DNA from: Octopus vulgaris | Lineage: Eukaryota | Direction: 5' to 3' | Length of the DNA: 64,000 nt | Assembly: GCA_951406725.2 (NCBI GenBank) | Contig: OX597830.1 | Span: 78,678,001 to 78,742,000 of the forward strand | Part shown: in pieces, positions 1 through 11,439 of the stretch | Layout: each line of letters starts with the position of its first letter | Numbering within the stretch: position 1 is the first letter of the stretch | The notes under the pieces: model-generated | What the model saw: the letters and a program-made list of their open reading frames with translations, nothing else | Told to the model about the DNA's origin: nothing | The model's database searches: none | Translations under genes and position numbers: made by a program

Positions 1-900
1 GATGTCATCCCTGATGAAACTGGGTATGTAAGTACATAATGGTTTCAAAACAATGTCAATAAAATTGCTTAGACGGTGTGTAGGGCATGCTGGACCAGCT
101 ATAATAGGTCTAAGTTTTAGGTCTTTTGGATGTAATAATTTTATGTACTCACTTTCTTGTTCTTTTACTGCCTGTTGAATGTTTTTTGATTTGTGTATTT
201 TTGGTAAGCCGTAGAAGTTGCTGGGTTTTGGTTCAAAATTGGTGATGTAGTCTTTTTCATTATCCGTAAGTGAGTTGTGGTGTGTTGAAATCAGGTTGTT
301 GATCTTTTTCATGATGTGGTGGTCTATATTTGCGGGTATTTCACAATAGAAGGTTGTATCCTTCAGTTGGTCTTCAACCAAATCCTTATAGTATTCGGTA
401 TCCATAATAACAATTGCACCACCTTTATCTGCTTGTTTAATTATTATTGTTTGATCGTTTTGTATACGTTTACATGCAGACATCTCTGATTTGCTAATGT
501 TTGGCCTAACATTGGTATTGCGTCTAAGGGGAAATTTAGACAGGATATCAATGTATTGGTCAAGGTAGTTATTTCTTCCTTTTGGTGGGGTGAAATTTGA
601 TTTATTCCTTACTAGGGATTCATCAATCTCATTACTTTTGTTAGCGAAGAATTCTACAAGTCGTAATTTTCGACAGAATTTTTGGATATCCTCCTTTAAT
701 TCTTGGTGGTTGGCTGTTGGTGTAGGTGTGAATTTCAGTCCTTTTGACAGAAGTTGGATTTCATCATTGTCAAGATCTCTTTTTGATAAATTAATTATTT
801 TAGGATCTATACGTTCAGTTGTTTGGGGTATGTTTCCTCTTGGATTTTTTCTTTCTCCGGTGTTTGTTGTCCTGACGTAAAAAAATGGATTTTTTTCTGG
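1..900 (-). CDS. PLE RT N-terminal part (minus copy, truncated by window edge)
   Basis: Mirror of 2836-3735: IINLS...LLSKGLKFTPTP, KQADKG, FYGLPKIHK, RPII. Confidence 0.85.
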
Positions 901-2051
901 TTATGATTTATATTCCTGTTGATGTTTGCTTGATGAATTTTGCGTTTTGGTTGTGGTACTTTACTTGGTTTCGTTATGTTTTCTGTCTTGTTTTTGGTAT
1001 TATGTATGCTACTTTTCAATTTCTTGTTAGCATTGTTTTTAACCACCTGGAGAAATGATCTGGGTTTACTTCTAGATCTAGATCGGTTTTTTGTCCAGTT
1101 TCTTGTGGGTAATCTCTGTTGAGGTCTTGAAAATGATCTCCTGTTATTTCTACTGCTAATGGTCTGTTCAAAACAATATCTATTTTGTTTGTGCTTTTTG
1201 TTCATGTTGTGTGCATTAGGGTGTTTGCATACAAAATGGGAAGAGTTCTTACCGTAGTTCGTCTTCGATTCGTGGTGAAACGGGTGTTCATGTTGCCACG
1301 TGTTCTGGTGTATGTTGCGTTGGTGAGGTTGTCCACTTTTAATGCTATTTCTCGGAGTTCTGGTGTCTTTACCGTAATTTGTAGCATATTTGTCGAGAAA
1401 TAATTGTTTCCGCTGCCAAAACTTTCTTGATCTGCTTTCTTCTTTTGAGATATCTCTGATCCATAGTTCTCGCATTTTTTCTGCTATATTGCCGGTCGTT
1501 AGTTTGGATATTTCATCTCTGATTTGATCATCGATAGCTTCGTATTTGGCTTTGTAGCGGGATTGTTTAGACAGGGTAATGGAGATGTCGGTCCTGAATT
1601 TTATCAAACTAAGGTCCCATCGAAGTTTAGTTTCTTCCTCTGGTTCTCCTGCAATTTCTTTAATTAGGTACTTCCGAGGAAGTATGGGTGCCGCTAAAGA
1701 TATCCATTTCGAATGTATTTCAGCATATTTTTCGCATTTATATGCCTTCCAGAAGTTTTGTTTTCTTATGTTAAGGAGTTTTTTCCATGTCTTCTGTATC
1801 TCTTCTCTTTTTCGGTGTGCCTCTTTTTCCAGATTTCTTTCGTTTATTTCTGACATCCAAGGAGGTTGTGGTAGGCTTTCTCTTGTAGATTTTATAATTG
1901 TTGGTATCATTTCAGCTAAATTCTTAATTTCAGAGTTTATGTGTTCATTTCCAAGTTTTCCGTCTGTAGACTGTTTTTCTATTTCCTTTAAAATAGAGGA
2001 TTGTGTGTCAATCATCGTGATGAGTGTTGATAATTTCGATGAAATTTCCAT
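807..2051 (-). CDS. PLE ORF1: 414-aa helical/coiled-coil-like N-half with Trp motifs, basic R/S/N-rich C-half
   Basis: Uninterrupted, non-repetitive 414-codon ORF directly upstream of the RT frame; RSRSRSKPRS tract. Frame stays open 9 codons upstream of the ATG to the pLTR junction, so the true start may be missing. Confidence 0.75.
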   Translation of the reverse strand: MEISSKLSTLITMIDTQSSILKEIEKQSTDGKLGNEHINSEIKNLAEMIPTIIKSTRESLPQPPWMSEINERNLEKEAHRKREEIQKTWKKLLNIRKQNFWKAYKCEKYAEIHSKWISLAAPILPRKYLIKEIAGEPEEETKLRWDLSLIKFRTDISITLSKQSRYKAKYEAIDDQIRDEISKLTTGNIAEKMRELWIRDISKEESRSRKFWQRKQLFLDKYATNYGKDTRTPRNSIKSGQPHQRNIHQNTWQHEHPFHHESKTNYGKNSSHFVCKHPNAHNMNKKHKQNRYCFEQTISSRNNRRSFSRPQQRLPTRNWTKNRSRSRSKPRSFLQVVKNNANKKLKSSIHNTKNKTENITKPSKVPQPKRKIHQANINRNINHNQKKIHFFTSGQQTPEKEKIQEETYPKQLNV

Positions 2052-2116
2052 TAGAATTCTTTCGGATATAGTAGAATGTTAAATGAAATAGTAGAATGTT
2101 AAATATTCATTCTGAT

Positions 2117-2161
2117 TGAACTAGTACTTTCATGCATTGAATTCTGCAATCATCGGGTTCA
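2117..2161 (-). ncRNA. Minimal type I hammerhead ribozyme (CCGAUGA core variant)
   Basis: Minus strand reads TGAAC-CCGATGA-TTGCA gaattcaa TGCAT-GAAA-GTAC-TA-GTTCA: stem I TGAAC/GTTCA, palindromic helix III AGTACT. Confidence 0.75.
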
Positions 2162-2204
2162 TGTAGTAGTGTTGACAGTCATGCTTCACAATTTGATCAA
2201 ATCA

Positions 2205-2929
2205 GATGATCAAATCAGAGATGAAATATCCAAACTAACGACCGGCAATATAGCAGAAAAAATGCGAGAACTATGGATCAGAGATATCTCAAAAGAAGAA
2301 AGCAGATCAAGAAAGTTTTGGCAGCGGAAACAATTATTTCTCGACAAATTGCTACAAATTACGGTAAAGACACCAGAACTCCGAGAAATAGCATTAAAAG
2401 TGGACAACCTCACCAACGCAACATACACCAGAACACGTGGCAACATGAACACCCGTTTCACCACGAATCGAAGACGAACTACGGTAAGAACTCTTCCCAT
2501 TTTGTATGCAAACACCCTAATGCACACAACATGAACAAAAAGCACAAACAAAATAGATATTGTTTTGAACAGACCATTAGCAGTAGAAATAACAGGAGAT
2601 CATTTTCAAGACCTCAACAGAGATTACCCACAAGAAACTGGACAAAAAACCGATCTAGATCTAGAAGTAAACCCAGATCATTTCTCCAGGTGGTTAAAAA
2701 CAATGCTAACAAGAAATTGAAAAGTAGCATACATAATACCAAAAACAAGACAGAAAACATAACGAAACCAAGTAAAGTACCACAACCAAAACGCAAAATT
2801 CATCAAGCAAACATCAACAGGAATATAAATCATAACCAGAAAAAAATCCATTTTTTTACGTCAGGACAACAAACACCGGAGAAAGAAAAAATCCAAGAGG
2901 AAACATACCCCAAACAACTGAACGTATAG
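2205..2929 (+). pseudogene. 5'-truncated, frameshifted ORF1 copy
   Basis: Matches minus-copy ORF1 from DDQIRDE onward, except a 1-nt deletion near 2350 (gacaaat-tgc vs gacaaatatgc). Confidence 0.85.
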
Positions 2930-5116
2930 ATCCTAAAATAATTAATTTATCAAAAAGAGATCTTGACAATGATGAAATCCAACTTCTGTCAAAAGGACTG
3001 AAATTCACACCTACACCAACAGCCAACCACCAAGAATTAAAGGAGGATATCCAAAAATTCTGTCGAAAATTACGACTTGTAGAATTCTTCGCTAACAAAA
3101 GTAATGAGATTGATGAATCCCTAGTAAGGAATAAATCAAATTTCACCCCACCAAAAGGAAGAAATAACTACCTTGACCAATACATTGATATCCTGTCTAA
3201 ATTTCCCCTTAGACGCAATACCAATGTTAGGCCAAACATTAGCAAATCAGAGATGTCTGCATGTAAACGTATACAAAACGATCAAACAATAATAATTAAA
3301 CAAGCAGATAAAGGTGGTGCAATTGTTATTATGGATACCGAATACTATAAGGATTTGGTTGAAGACCAACTGAAGGATACAACCTTCTATTGTGAAATAC
3401 CCGCAAATATAGACCACCACATCATGAAAAAGATCAACAACCTGATTTCAACACACCACAACTCACTTACGGATAATGAAAAAGACTACATCACCAATTT
3501 TGAACCAAAACCCAGCAACTTCTACGGCTTACCAAAAATACACAAATCAAAAAACATTCAACAGGCAGTAAAAGAACAAGAAAGTGAGTACATAAAATTA
3601 TTACATCCAAAAGACCTAAAACTTAGACCTATTATAGCTGGTCCAGCATGCCCTACACACCGTCTAAGCAATTTTATTGACATTGTTTTGAAACCATTAT
3701 GTACTTACATACCCAGTTTCATCAGGGATGACATCGACTTCCTGTCCCATCTTCCCAAAACAACAGAAACAAATTCAGTTTTACTAAGTTTTGATGTGGT
3801 AAGCCTCTACACCAATATTCCACACGATTTAGGAATAAAGGCGATTAAATACTGGTTAGAAAAACATAGAGAAGTGATTCCCAGCAGATTCACAGTGCCA
3901 TTTATATTAGACACAGTCAAACTTATTCTAGAAAATAACACATTCTTCTTCAATGGAAAGAATTACATCCAAATTAGAGGCACGGCGATGGGAACGAGGT
4001 TTGCTCCCGTTTACGCCAACTCTGTAATGGGATACTTAGAAGAACAACTCTACCAAGAGGTGGAGGTAAACTATGGCACTGGATTTAGAAAGTATATTGA
4101 AAAGGCATGGAAGAGATACCTAGACGACTGTTTCATAATCTGGACAGAATCTCTAAATACTCTGGAAGAGTTCAATATCCTCCTGAACAACCTACACCCA
4201 TCTCTCAAATTTACAAAGGAGATGAGTAGTACCAAATTACCATTCCTGGATATAATGGTAATTAAAAAAGACACCACCATCACCACAGATATATACTATA
4301 AACACACAGACACACATCAATACCTAAATTTTAAGTCGTGCCATCCACCACATACAAAACGTAACATCCCATACTGCCTAGCCAGAAGAATTTGTACTAT
4401 TGTAGAAGATGCAAATATCAGGAACAAACGCCTAATAGAACTAAGAGAATTTTTGCTCAAACAAAAATACCCATCTCTACTTATAGAAAATGGCATACAG
4501 CGGGCTATAAAAATACCTATACAACAACTTAGGACAACCCAAGGAAGAGGAAAACAAGAACAAGTCATACCATTCATAGTGACACACAACCCATGTCACC
4601 AGAATATCTTCAACATTGCCAAAGCAAACCTACCAATCATTGCCCAAAGTAATGAATTAAAAGACATAATCAAGGATCGAGCTATGGTACTTAGTAAAAG
4701 ACAGCCTAAAAACTTGAAAACATTACTAACAAAGGCAAAATTTGACCTCAGCAACAAAGACCAAACATTCACGGTATCTAAATGCAATGATAGCCGATGT
4801 GGCACATGCCAATTCATACATACCGGTCAATATATAAACACAAAAACCGGGAAAATATTCACAAACGCGAATATGAACTGCAAAAGCAGAAATTTAATTT
4901 ACTGCATCAAATGCCCAAATTGTGAAGAAATATATGTAGGTCAGACGGGAAACGCACTATTAGAACGCTCACGTGTACACCGGCAACAGATTAGAGACCC
5001 AGAATATATATATAATATTTCCATTCTACAAATTACACAGCCCAAGTGAAATCGAGAGGAAAATCAGAGAAAAGAATTTTATTGATAAATTCGAACCCAA
5101 GCTAAATAAGCAATAA
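2836..5116 (+). CDS. PLE reverse transcriptase + Cys-rich linker + GIY-YIG endonuclease (Neptune-like); C-terminus broken near 5010
   Basis: Frame open from 2836, before the first ATG at 3253. Motifs: INLS..KGLKFTPTP, DKG, FDVVSLYTNIP, GTAMGTRFAP, YLDD, YYKHTDTHQYL, CxxxRCxxC, LIY..YVGQT. Terminal IFPFYK...EKNFIDKFEPKLNKQ* lies in another frame (5015-5116). Confidence 0.95.
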
Positions 5117-5430
5117 TAATAATACTTAGAGGTATTACTTCCACTGCTACGACCATGACCACTAACAACAACAACAATACTAAAGGTGATCAAGAGGAAG
5201 ATAGCAGGAAAATTATCTTATTTAGGGTTAAAAGTTCTATTGCCACCACCATCACCACTAGCAACAATAATTAAGGTGCTGACAATGATGATGATGACAA
5301 TTGAAATATAAAAATATAAAAATCTCTGACAAAGGATATTTACAACATTTCTAAAAATAACCCAACAATTGCTGCTTCGGCCAGGGTCAAGATACAGGAC
5401 TCTTGACCTGTCCAACAAAGCGTGATGCCT

Positions 5431-5576
5431 AAACCAATCAGCTCAACCAACCAATCAGCTTAAGTAATTGAGTGATACTACACACTGATTGGTCAGAATA
5501 CAGTTTGCAAAACCTAGCACTCTGGAGCCTACCCAGCTGTATTTATAGCACAGAATCACTCATCTTGCTACAGTCA
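5431..5576 (+). promoter_or_regulatory. Putative Pol II promoter in pLTR
   Basis: CCAATCAG at 5434 and 5451, reverse CTGATTGG at 5485-5492, TATTTATA at 5540-5547, Inr-like CAGTC about 25 nt later. Confidence 0.6.
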
Positions 5577-5610
5577 AAAATTGTGAAGCATGACTGTCAA
5601 CACTACTACA

Positions 5611-5655
5611 TGAACCCGAAGATTGCAGAATTCAATGCATGAAAGTACTAGTTCA
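5611..5655 (+). ncRNA. Minimal type I hammerhead ribozyme (CCGAAGA core variant), predicted cut after 5650
   Basis: TGAAC-CCGAAGA-TTGCA gaattcaa TGCAT-GAAA-GTAC-TA-GTTCA. Differs from the 2117-2161 copy at the variable N7 position. Confidence 0.75.
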
Positions 5656-5817
5656 ATCAGAATGAATATTTAACATTCTACTATTTCATTTTATTTTATT
5701 CAATTATAATATATTATCTTATAATATATCATTATAAGATTGTAAATAAAACGTGAAAATCAGACAAGGTTGGAATTCTTTTTATTAATATATTCTTCTA
5801 TACACAATCACACACAC

Positions 5818-5866
<49 letters not shown>

Positions 5867-5873
<7 letters not shown>

Positions 5874-6173
5874 ATCACGTGACCGACCAGGCTATCAGAT
5901 GTTACTACACATCGCTGGTCACAATGCGCTTCGCACTGTTTTAGCCTTCAAATGACGCCGCCCCGCTGGCTAAGCGAGCAGGCCAACAGAAGAAAGAGTG
6001 AGAGAAAGTTGTGGCGAAAGAGTACAGCAGGGATCGCCACCACTCCCTGCCGGAGCCTCGTGGACCTTGCAGGTGTTTTCGCTTAATAAACACTCACAGC
6101 GCCCGGTCTGGGAATCGAGACCGCGATCCTACGACCGTGAGTCCGCTGTCCTAACCAATGGGCCACTGCGCCT

Positions 6174-6177
<4 letters not shown>
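5867..6177 (-). mobile_element. tRNA-derived SINE (family C)
   Basis: Minus-strand head GTGGAGGCGCAGTGGCCCATTGG...GGTCTCGATTCC with A/B-box-like motifs; head similar to 52373 and 47516. Confidence 0.7.
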
Positions 6178-6270
<93 letters not shown>

Positions 6271-6296
6271 TATATATTATATATATTCGCACACAA

Positions 6297-6688
6297 ATAT
6301 TCTTTTCTATTGTAGGCACATGGCCCTAAATTTTGAGGGTGAGGTCCAGTCGATTAGATCGACCCCAGTACGCAACTGGTACTTAATTTATCGACCCTGA
6401 AAGGATGAAAGGTACAAAACCGCGGCGGAATTTGAACTCAGAACAAAGACACAGGAAATACCTAACTACCCACAAGAAGCTAAACACAGAGGGGACAAAC
6501 AAGGACAGACAAACGGATTAAGTCGATTATATCGATCCCAGTGCGTAAATGGTACTTATTTAATCGACCCTGAAAGGATGAAAGGCAAAGTCGACCTCAA
6601 CGGAATTTGAACTCAGAACGCAGCAGCGGACGAAATACCACAAAGCATTTCGCTCGGCGTGCTAACGATTCTGCCAGCTCGCCGCCTT
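6297..6688 (-). mobile_element. SINE family A, one partial plus one full copy
   Basis: Head AAGGCGGCGAGCTGGCAGAA...GAGTTCAAATTCC and core CTTTCATCCTTTC..GGTCGATAAA..AGTACCAG recur more than 10 times in the window. Confidence 0.8.
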
Positions 6689-7233
6689 GCACGCACAAAT
6701 ATTAATATATGTATGGATAGACTGATAGATAGATAGATAGACAAAGAGAGAGAGAGAGAGATGAACGAAGTGCTCGTCTAACACGACGTTATTCCTTCTA
6801 ATTTCAGTAGTTCTTAGCTTCAAGCATTGCTTTATTTTCTTCTTATGTTTCACTCGATTTTCTTTCAGGTCTTCTTATTCTTAGTTATCTCAAATCTTGC
6901 TTCTTTTCCTTGCTTATGTTGCGATATCATAGCACATCTTTTTCTCGTTCATTCACATTACTTGATTCATAATTTTCATCTTTTCTTTTCCTACTCTTCG
7001 ATATCGAGCAATTTCTCTGTAGTTGAGAATGTTTTCATCCGTCTTGTCTTGCAGTTATCTGTTGTATATTTAGCACATCAGTTTCTCTTTGCATTCATTC
7101 CCTTACACTAGTTCATTATTTTCGCTGATTCAGGGACTTCCCCTCTCTCTCTTCCCTCTCTCTCTTTCTCTCCATATAAATATACATACATACATACATA
7201 CATATATATATGTATATATATATATATATATAT

Positions 7234-7710
<477 letters not shown>

Positions 7711-7715
7711 TATAC

Positions 7716-7804
<89 letters not shown>

Positions 7805-7849
7805 ATTTATATCATTATATGATTGAACGTCACGCATCCTCTATCCAAG

Positions 7850-7885
<36 letters not shown>

Positions 7886-7892
7886 CTTATTA

Positions 7893-8130
7893 GTACTGAG
7901 TCGGTTACAACGACAAGTATTCCAGCTGATCCGATCATCGAAACAGCCTGCTCGTGAAATTAACGTGCAAGTGGCTGAGTACTTCACAGACACGTGTATC
8001 TTTAACGTAGTTCTCAGGGAGATTCAGTGAGACACAGAGTGTGACAAGGCTGGCCCTTTCAATTACGCGTACAACTCATTTTTGCTAGTAGTGGACTGGA
8101 GCAACGTCAAATATGGTGTCTTGCTCAAAG
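7893..8130 (-). mobile_element. Headless SINE fragment
   Basis: Minus strand starts CTTTGAGCAAGACACC...CTCCAGTCCACT, similar to the core of 52373-52610. Confidence 0.5.
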
Positions 8131-8189
8131 ATATATATATGAGTGTGCGTGTGTGTTTTATGCAATATGGAAGGATATAAAATTTTTTT

Positions 8190-8370
8190 AATCTTTACTG
8201 CCCACAAAGAGCTACGCAGAGAGTGGACAAACAAGGACAGACAAACGGATTAAGTGGATTATATCGACCCCAGTGCGTAACTGGAACTTATTTAATCGAC
8301 CCCGAAATGATGAAAGACAAAGTCGACCTCGGTGGAATTTGAACTCAGAACGTAGCGATAGACAAAATAA
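8190..8370 (-). mobile_element. SINE family A, 5'-truncated
   Basis: Shares core and tail with 6455-6688. Confidence 0.75.
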
Positions 8371-8820
8371 ACGAAGATGAAAAAATGAAGGATGTTTCGA
8401 ATAAACAAAGAAGGGAAGAAAGAACGAAAAATAAAACAGATACAAGCGATGAAAAAATATGAAAAAGAAGAAAACACAGACATAACCATCTCCTGATTCG
8501 AAACATTCATGCCTCGTTCAAAAAACAAAGAAATATATCAGAAATAAACCAACCAGCTGTAAAGTGACTGAAGTCCGAGATGAAGTAAATAATTATGTCG
8601 AAATCAGCATAGAACAATGAAAGCAGATGTCACCAATCTAACTGTTGGCAGGATCAGTTGTAAAGTAAAATGGCGGAACAACAACATTGTATAAATGGAC
8701 GCCATTTTGGTTGTTGCCTTCATTTTGTTTTCGCTTTGTATTTTTTGTTTGATGTTTGTTTCATTTTATTTTTGACGATCACACGTGTCCTATAAGCGAA
8801 ACAATTGCGCCCTTTATCAG

Positions 8821-8821
<1 letters not shown>

Positions 8822-8904
<83 letters not shown>

Positions 8905-8907
8905 TAC

Positions 8908-8976
<69 letters not shown>

Positions 8977-10234
8977 CCTCACCATCATCATCTTCATCGT
9001 GATATTCTTCTCATCTCGTCACCCTTGTGGCAAATATAAAAAAAAGTGATTATTATCATTGATTTCTATGCACTCTCGCGCAAAATTTGCTGCCTGGTGA
9101 CAAGGTTTAGAGAACTGTCGTAATTGTCATCATCAGCATCATCACCGATATCATCATCATAATCATGCCCATCATCATTGTCATTATCATCATCACTGTC
9201 ACCACCATCACCATCACTGTCATCATAATCCCCACCACTACCACCAACATCCTTCTCCTTCTCTTCTTTCACCTCCTCCTTCTTCTTCTCATCATCATCA
9301 TCATGCTCATCATCATTGTCATTATCATCATCACTATCATCACCATTACTCTCATCATAATCGCCACCACTACAAGCAACATCCTTCTCCCTTCCTCCTC
9401 CTCCTTCTCGACATCATCATTATCAGCTTCATCATCCTCATCATCCTCATCTTCCTCATCCTACTCATCCTCATCTGCATCCTCCTTCTTCTTCTTCTCA
9501 TCATCATCATCATCATTATCACCGTCATCCTCCTCATCTTCCTCGTCCTACTCATCCTCCTCATCCCCACCCCTCCTCATCTCCATCCTCCTTCCTCATC
9601 TTCATCCTCCTCCTCATCATCATCATCATCATCATTATCATTATTATTGATGTTATTTTTATTATTTACTGATGTTGTTGCTACATATTTTGGCAATGTT
9701 GTTTGGCAATGGTGCTGGTCTTAGTGGCAGTATTAATATAGGTATGAGTGGGGGTGTTGGAGGTGATGGTTGTCGTTGTGACGGTGGTAGTAGTGGTGGT
9801 GGTGGTGGTGGTGTTGCTGGTAGTGGTGGTGGTGGTGGATGATGATGGTGGTATTAGTGGTAGTGAATCTGGTGGTGCTGGTGCTGGTGCTGCTGGTAGT
9901 GACAGTGGTTGATGGCGTTGTGGTAGAGGTAGTGGTGGAGGTAGTGCTGGTGATGACATTGTCACGGGTGTGGTTGAAGTAAGCGGTTGACAAAACCAAA
10001 TTGTGAGATGTCACTGTCAAAACATATCTGGAAGCTCATCGCCCGTGTTTTTTTTTGTTGTTGTTGATATTGTTTTCCTGCTGTTGTTATTGCTGTTGAT
10101 GTTTTTTCTTTTGTTGTTCCTGATATTGTTGTTGTTGTTGTTGTTGTTGGCGTTGTAAGTCATGTTGTTGCTCTCGATGTTCTCATTGTTGTTGCTGTTG
10201 TCGTTCTTGTTTTGTGATAACGGTGAGGTTTCAT

Positions 10235-10292
<58 letters not shown>

Positions 10293-10725
10293 GGTGGTGG
10301 TGGTGGTAGTGGTGTTGGTGGTGGTGGTGGTGGTGGTGTTGGTGGTGGTGGTGGTGGTGGTAGGTGTTGCAGTATTGGCAGTGTTGACAATGATGGCAGT
10401 GGTAATGGTGATAGTGCTGGGCTGGTGGTATTGAAGTTGTCATTAACTACTCTCCGTCGAAAAAATTGTTGTTGTTGTTATTGTTGTTGCTGTTGGTGGT
10501 GGTGGTGGTGGTGCTGCTGCTGCTACTGGTTGTGGTGGTGATGATGGTAGTCGTGGTAGATGTGGTACTGGTGGTAATCATGGTGGTTATTGTGGTGGAG
10601 ATGGTGGTGGTACTGGTAGTGGTAGTGGTGATGCTGGTGGTAAAGGTGGTGGTAGTCATGATGGTAATGGTGGTGGTGGTGGTGGTGGTCGTCGTCGTCG
10701 TCGTGATGGTTGTTTTGGTGGTGGT
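8822..10725. repeat. Compound trinucleotide arrays (ATT, CAT/CCT, GGT, TAG, GTT)
   Basis: Directly visible; source of the homopolymer ORFs. Confidence 0.9.
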
Positions 10726-11177
10726 GATCCCAAGATAAACCCTGAGAGGACAGGACGGCATAACCGTGACCGACCTGACTTTGCCCTTTGCAAAATAAAC
10801 ACAGCGCCACATTATTCAACGTGAGCATTCTAAGTACGGAAAGTGTGATTTTAGAGAGATTTGGTTGTTATTTCTGGAAGGACGACCGACCACATAAGGG
10901 TTCCTTCATCAACTCTCTAGCCTAAGGATGTTTGTGATACTGGTCAGAAGTGAACTTGGTACCTTTTAACACGTGGTTGAAAGAGCGGCAACAGCAGCAG
11001 TTGCAGTAGCAGTAACAGCCGTTCAAGAATTTGGACCAGGAGATCTCCATTTCCAGCGATTTCGAGGGCCACCTCCCAGTGGTGTCGGGTGTTTTCTTTC
11101 TTCTCCAAGGTCTGGGGTCTCCCGCCCCTAAGCCCTAGACAATCACCCTTACCCGTCTTGTTACTTAACAGCAGCAG

Positions 11178-11230
<53 letters not shown>

Positions 11231-11439
11231 TTGGTGGTAGGTTGAAACGGACGGGAACGAGAGCAAAGTCAATTTTTTAAAACTAAAACAATAAAACTAT
11301 ATCGGTCGATTCTAAAAGCAATTCAAGGAATTCTGCCGTTATCCCAAGCTGAACCAAAACCATTCACCATTCATTATACAACCATCACCATTCTTACCAT
11401 CAACCATACCACTGCCAATACAATTACCGCTAATATAAC

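Larger units (their letters stand above)
1..2194 (-). mobile_element. Penelope-like element, minus-strand copy (pLTR fragment with hammerhead, ORF1, start of RT; runs off left edge)
   Basis: 1-1532 is the reverse complement of 2205-3735 (paired ORF coordinates sum to 3736). 2084-2194 is the reverse complement of pLTR 5578-5690. Confidence 0.92.
2195..5820 (+). mobile_element. Penelope-like element, plus-strand 5'-truncated copy with 3' pLTR ending in (TA)n
   Basis: Truncated ORF1, RT-EN frame, then promoter motifs and hammerhead, ending at a (TA)n tract. Confidence 0.93.

Noticed and set aside
11-20. CTGATGAAAC resembling a hammerhead core
   Set aside because: Antisense of RT coding sequence; no room for stem II.
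1579-2082. 167-aa plus-strand ORF and other short ORFs within the PLE
   Set aside because: Antisense or alternate-frame shadows of ORF1/RT.
2836-5116. Selenocysteine-recoding Naiad-type PLE
   Set aside because: Endonuclease is C-terminal and no in-frame TGA at Cys positions was seen; the TGA at 5047 follows a frameshift.
5867-6177. tRNA genes suggested by A/B boxes in SINE heads
   Set aside because: No complete cloverleaf; heads continue into multi-copy SINE bodies.
6760-7120. Possible Helitron N-terminal coding remnant on the minus strand
   Set aside because: Many stops and no diagnostic motif.
8756-10828. Poly-I/Y/L/T/V/H ORFs (also 21538-22421, 33047-35273, 58214-60714)
   Set aside because: Trinucleotide repeat artefacts.
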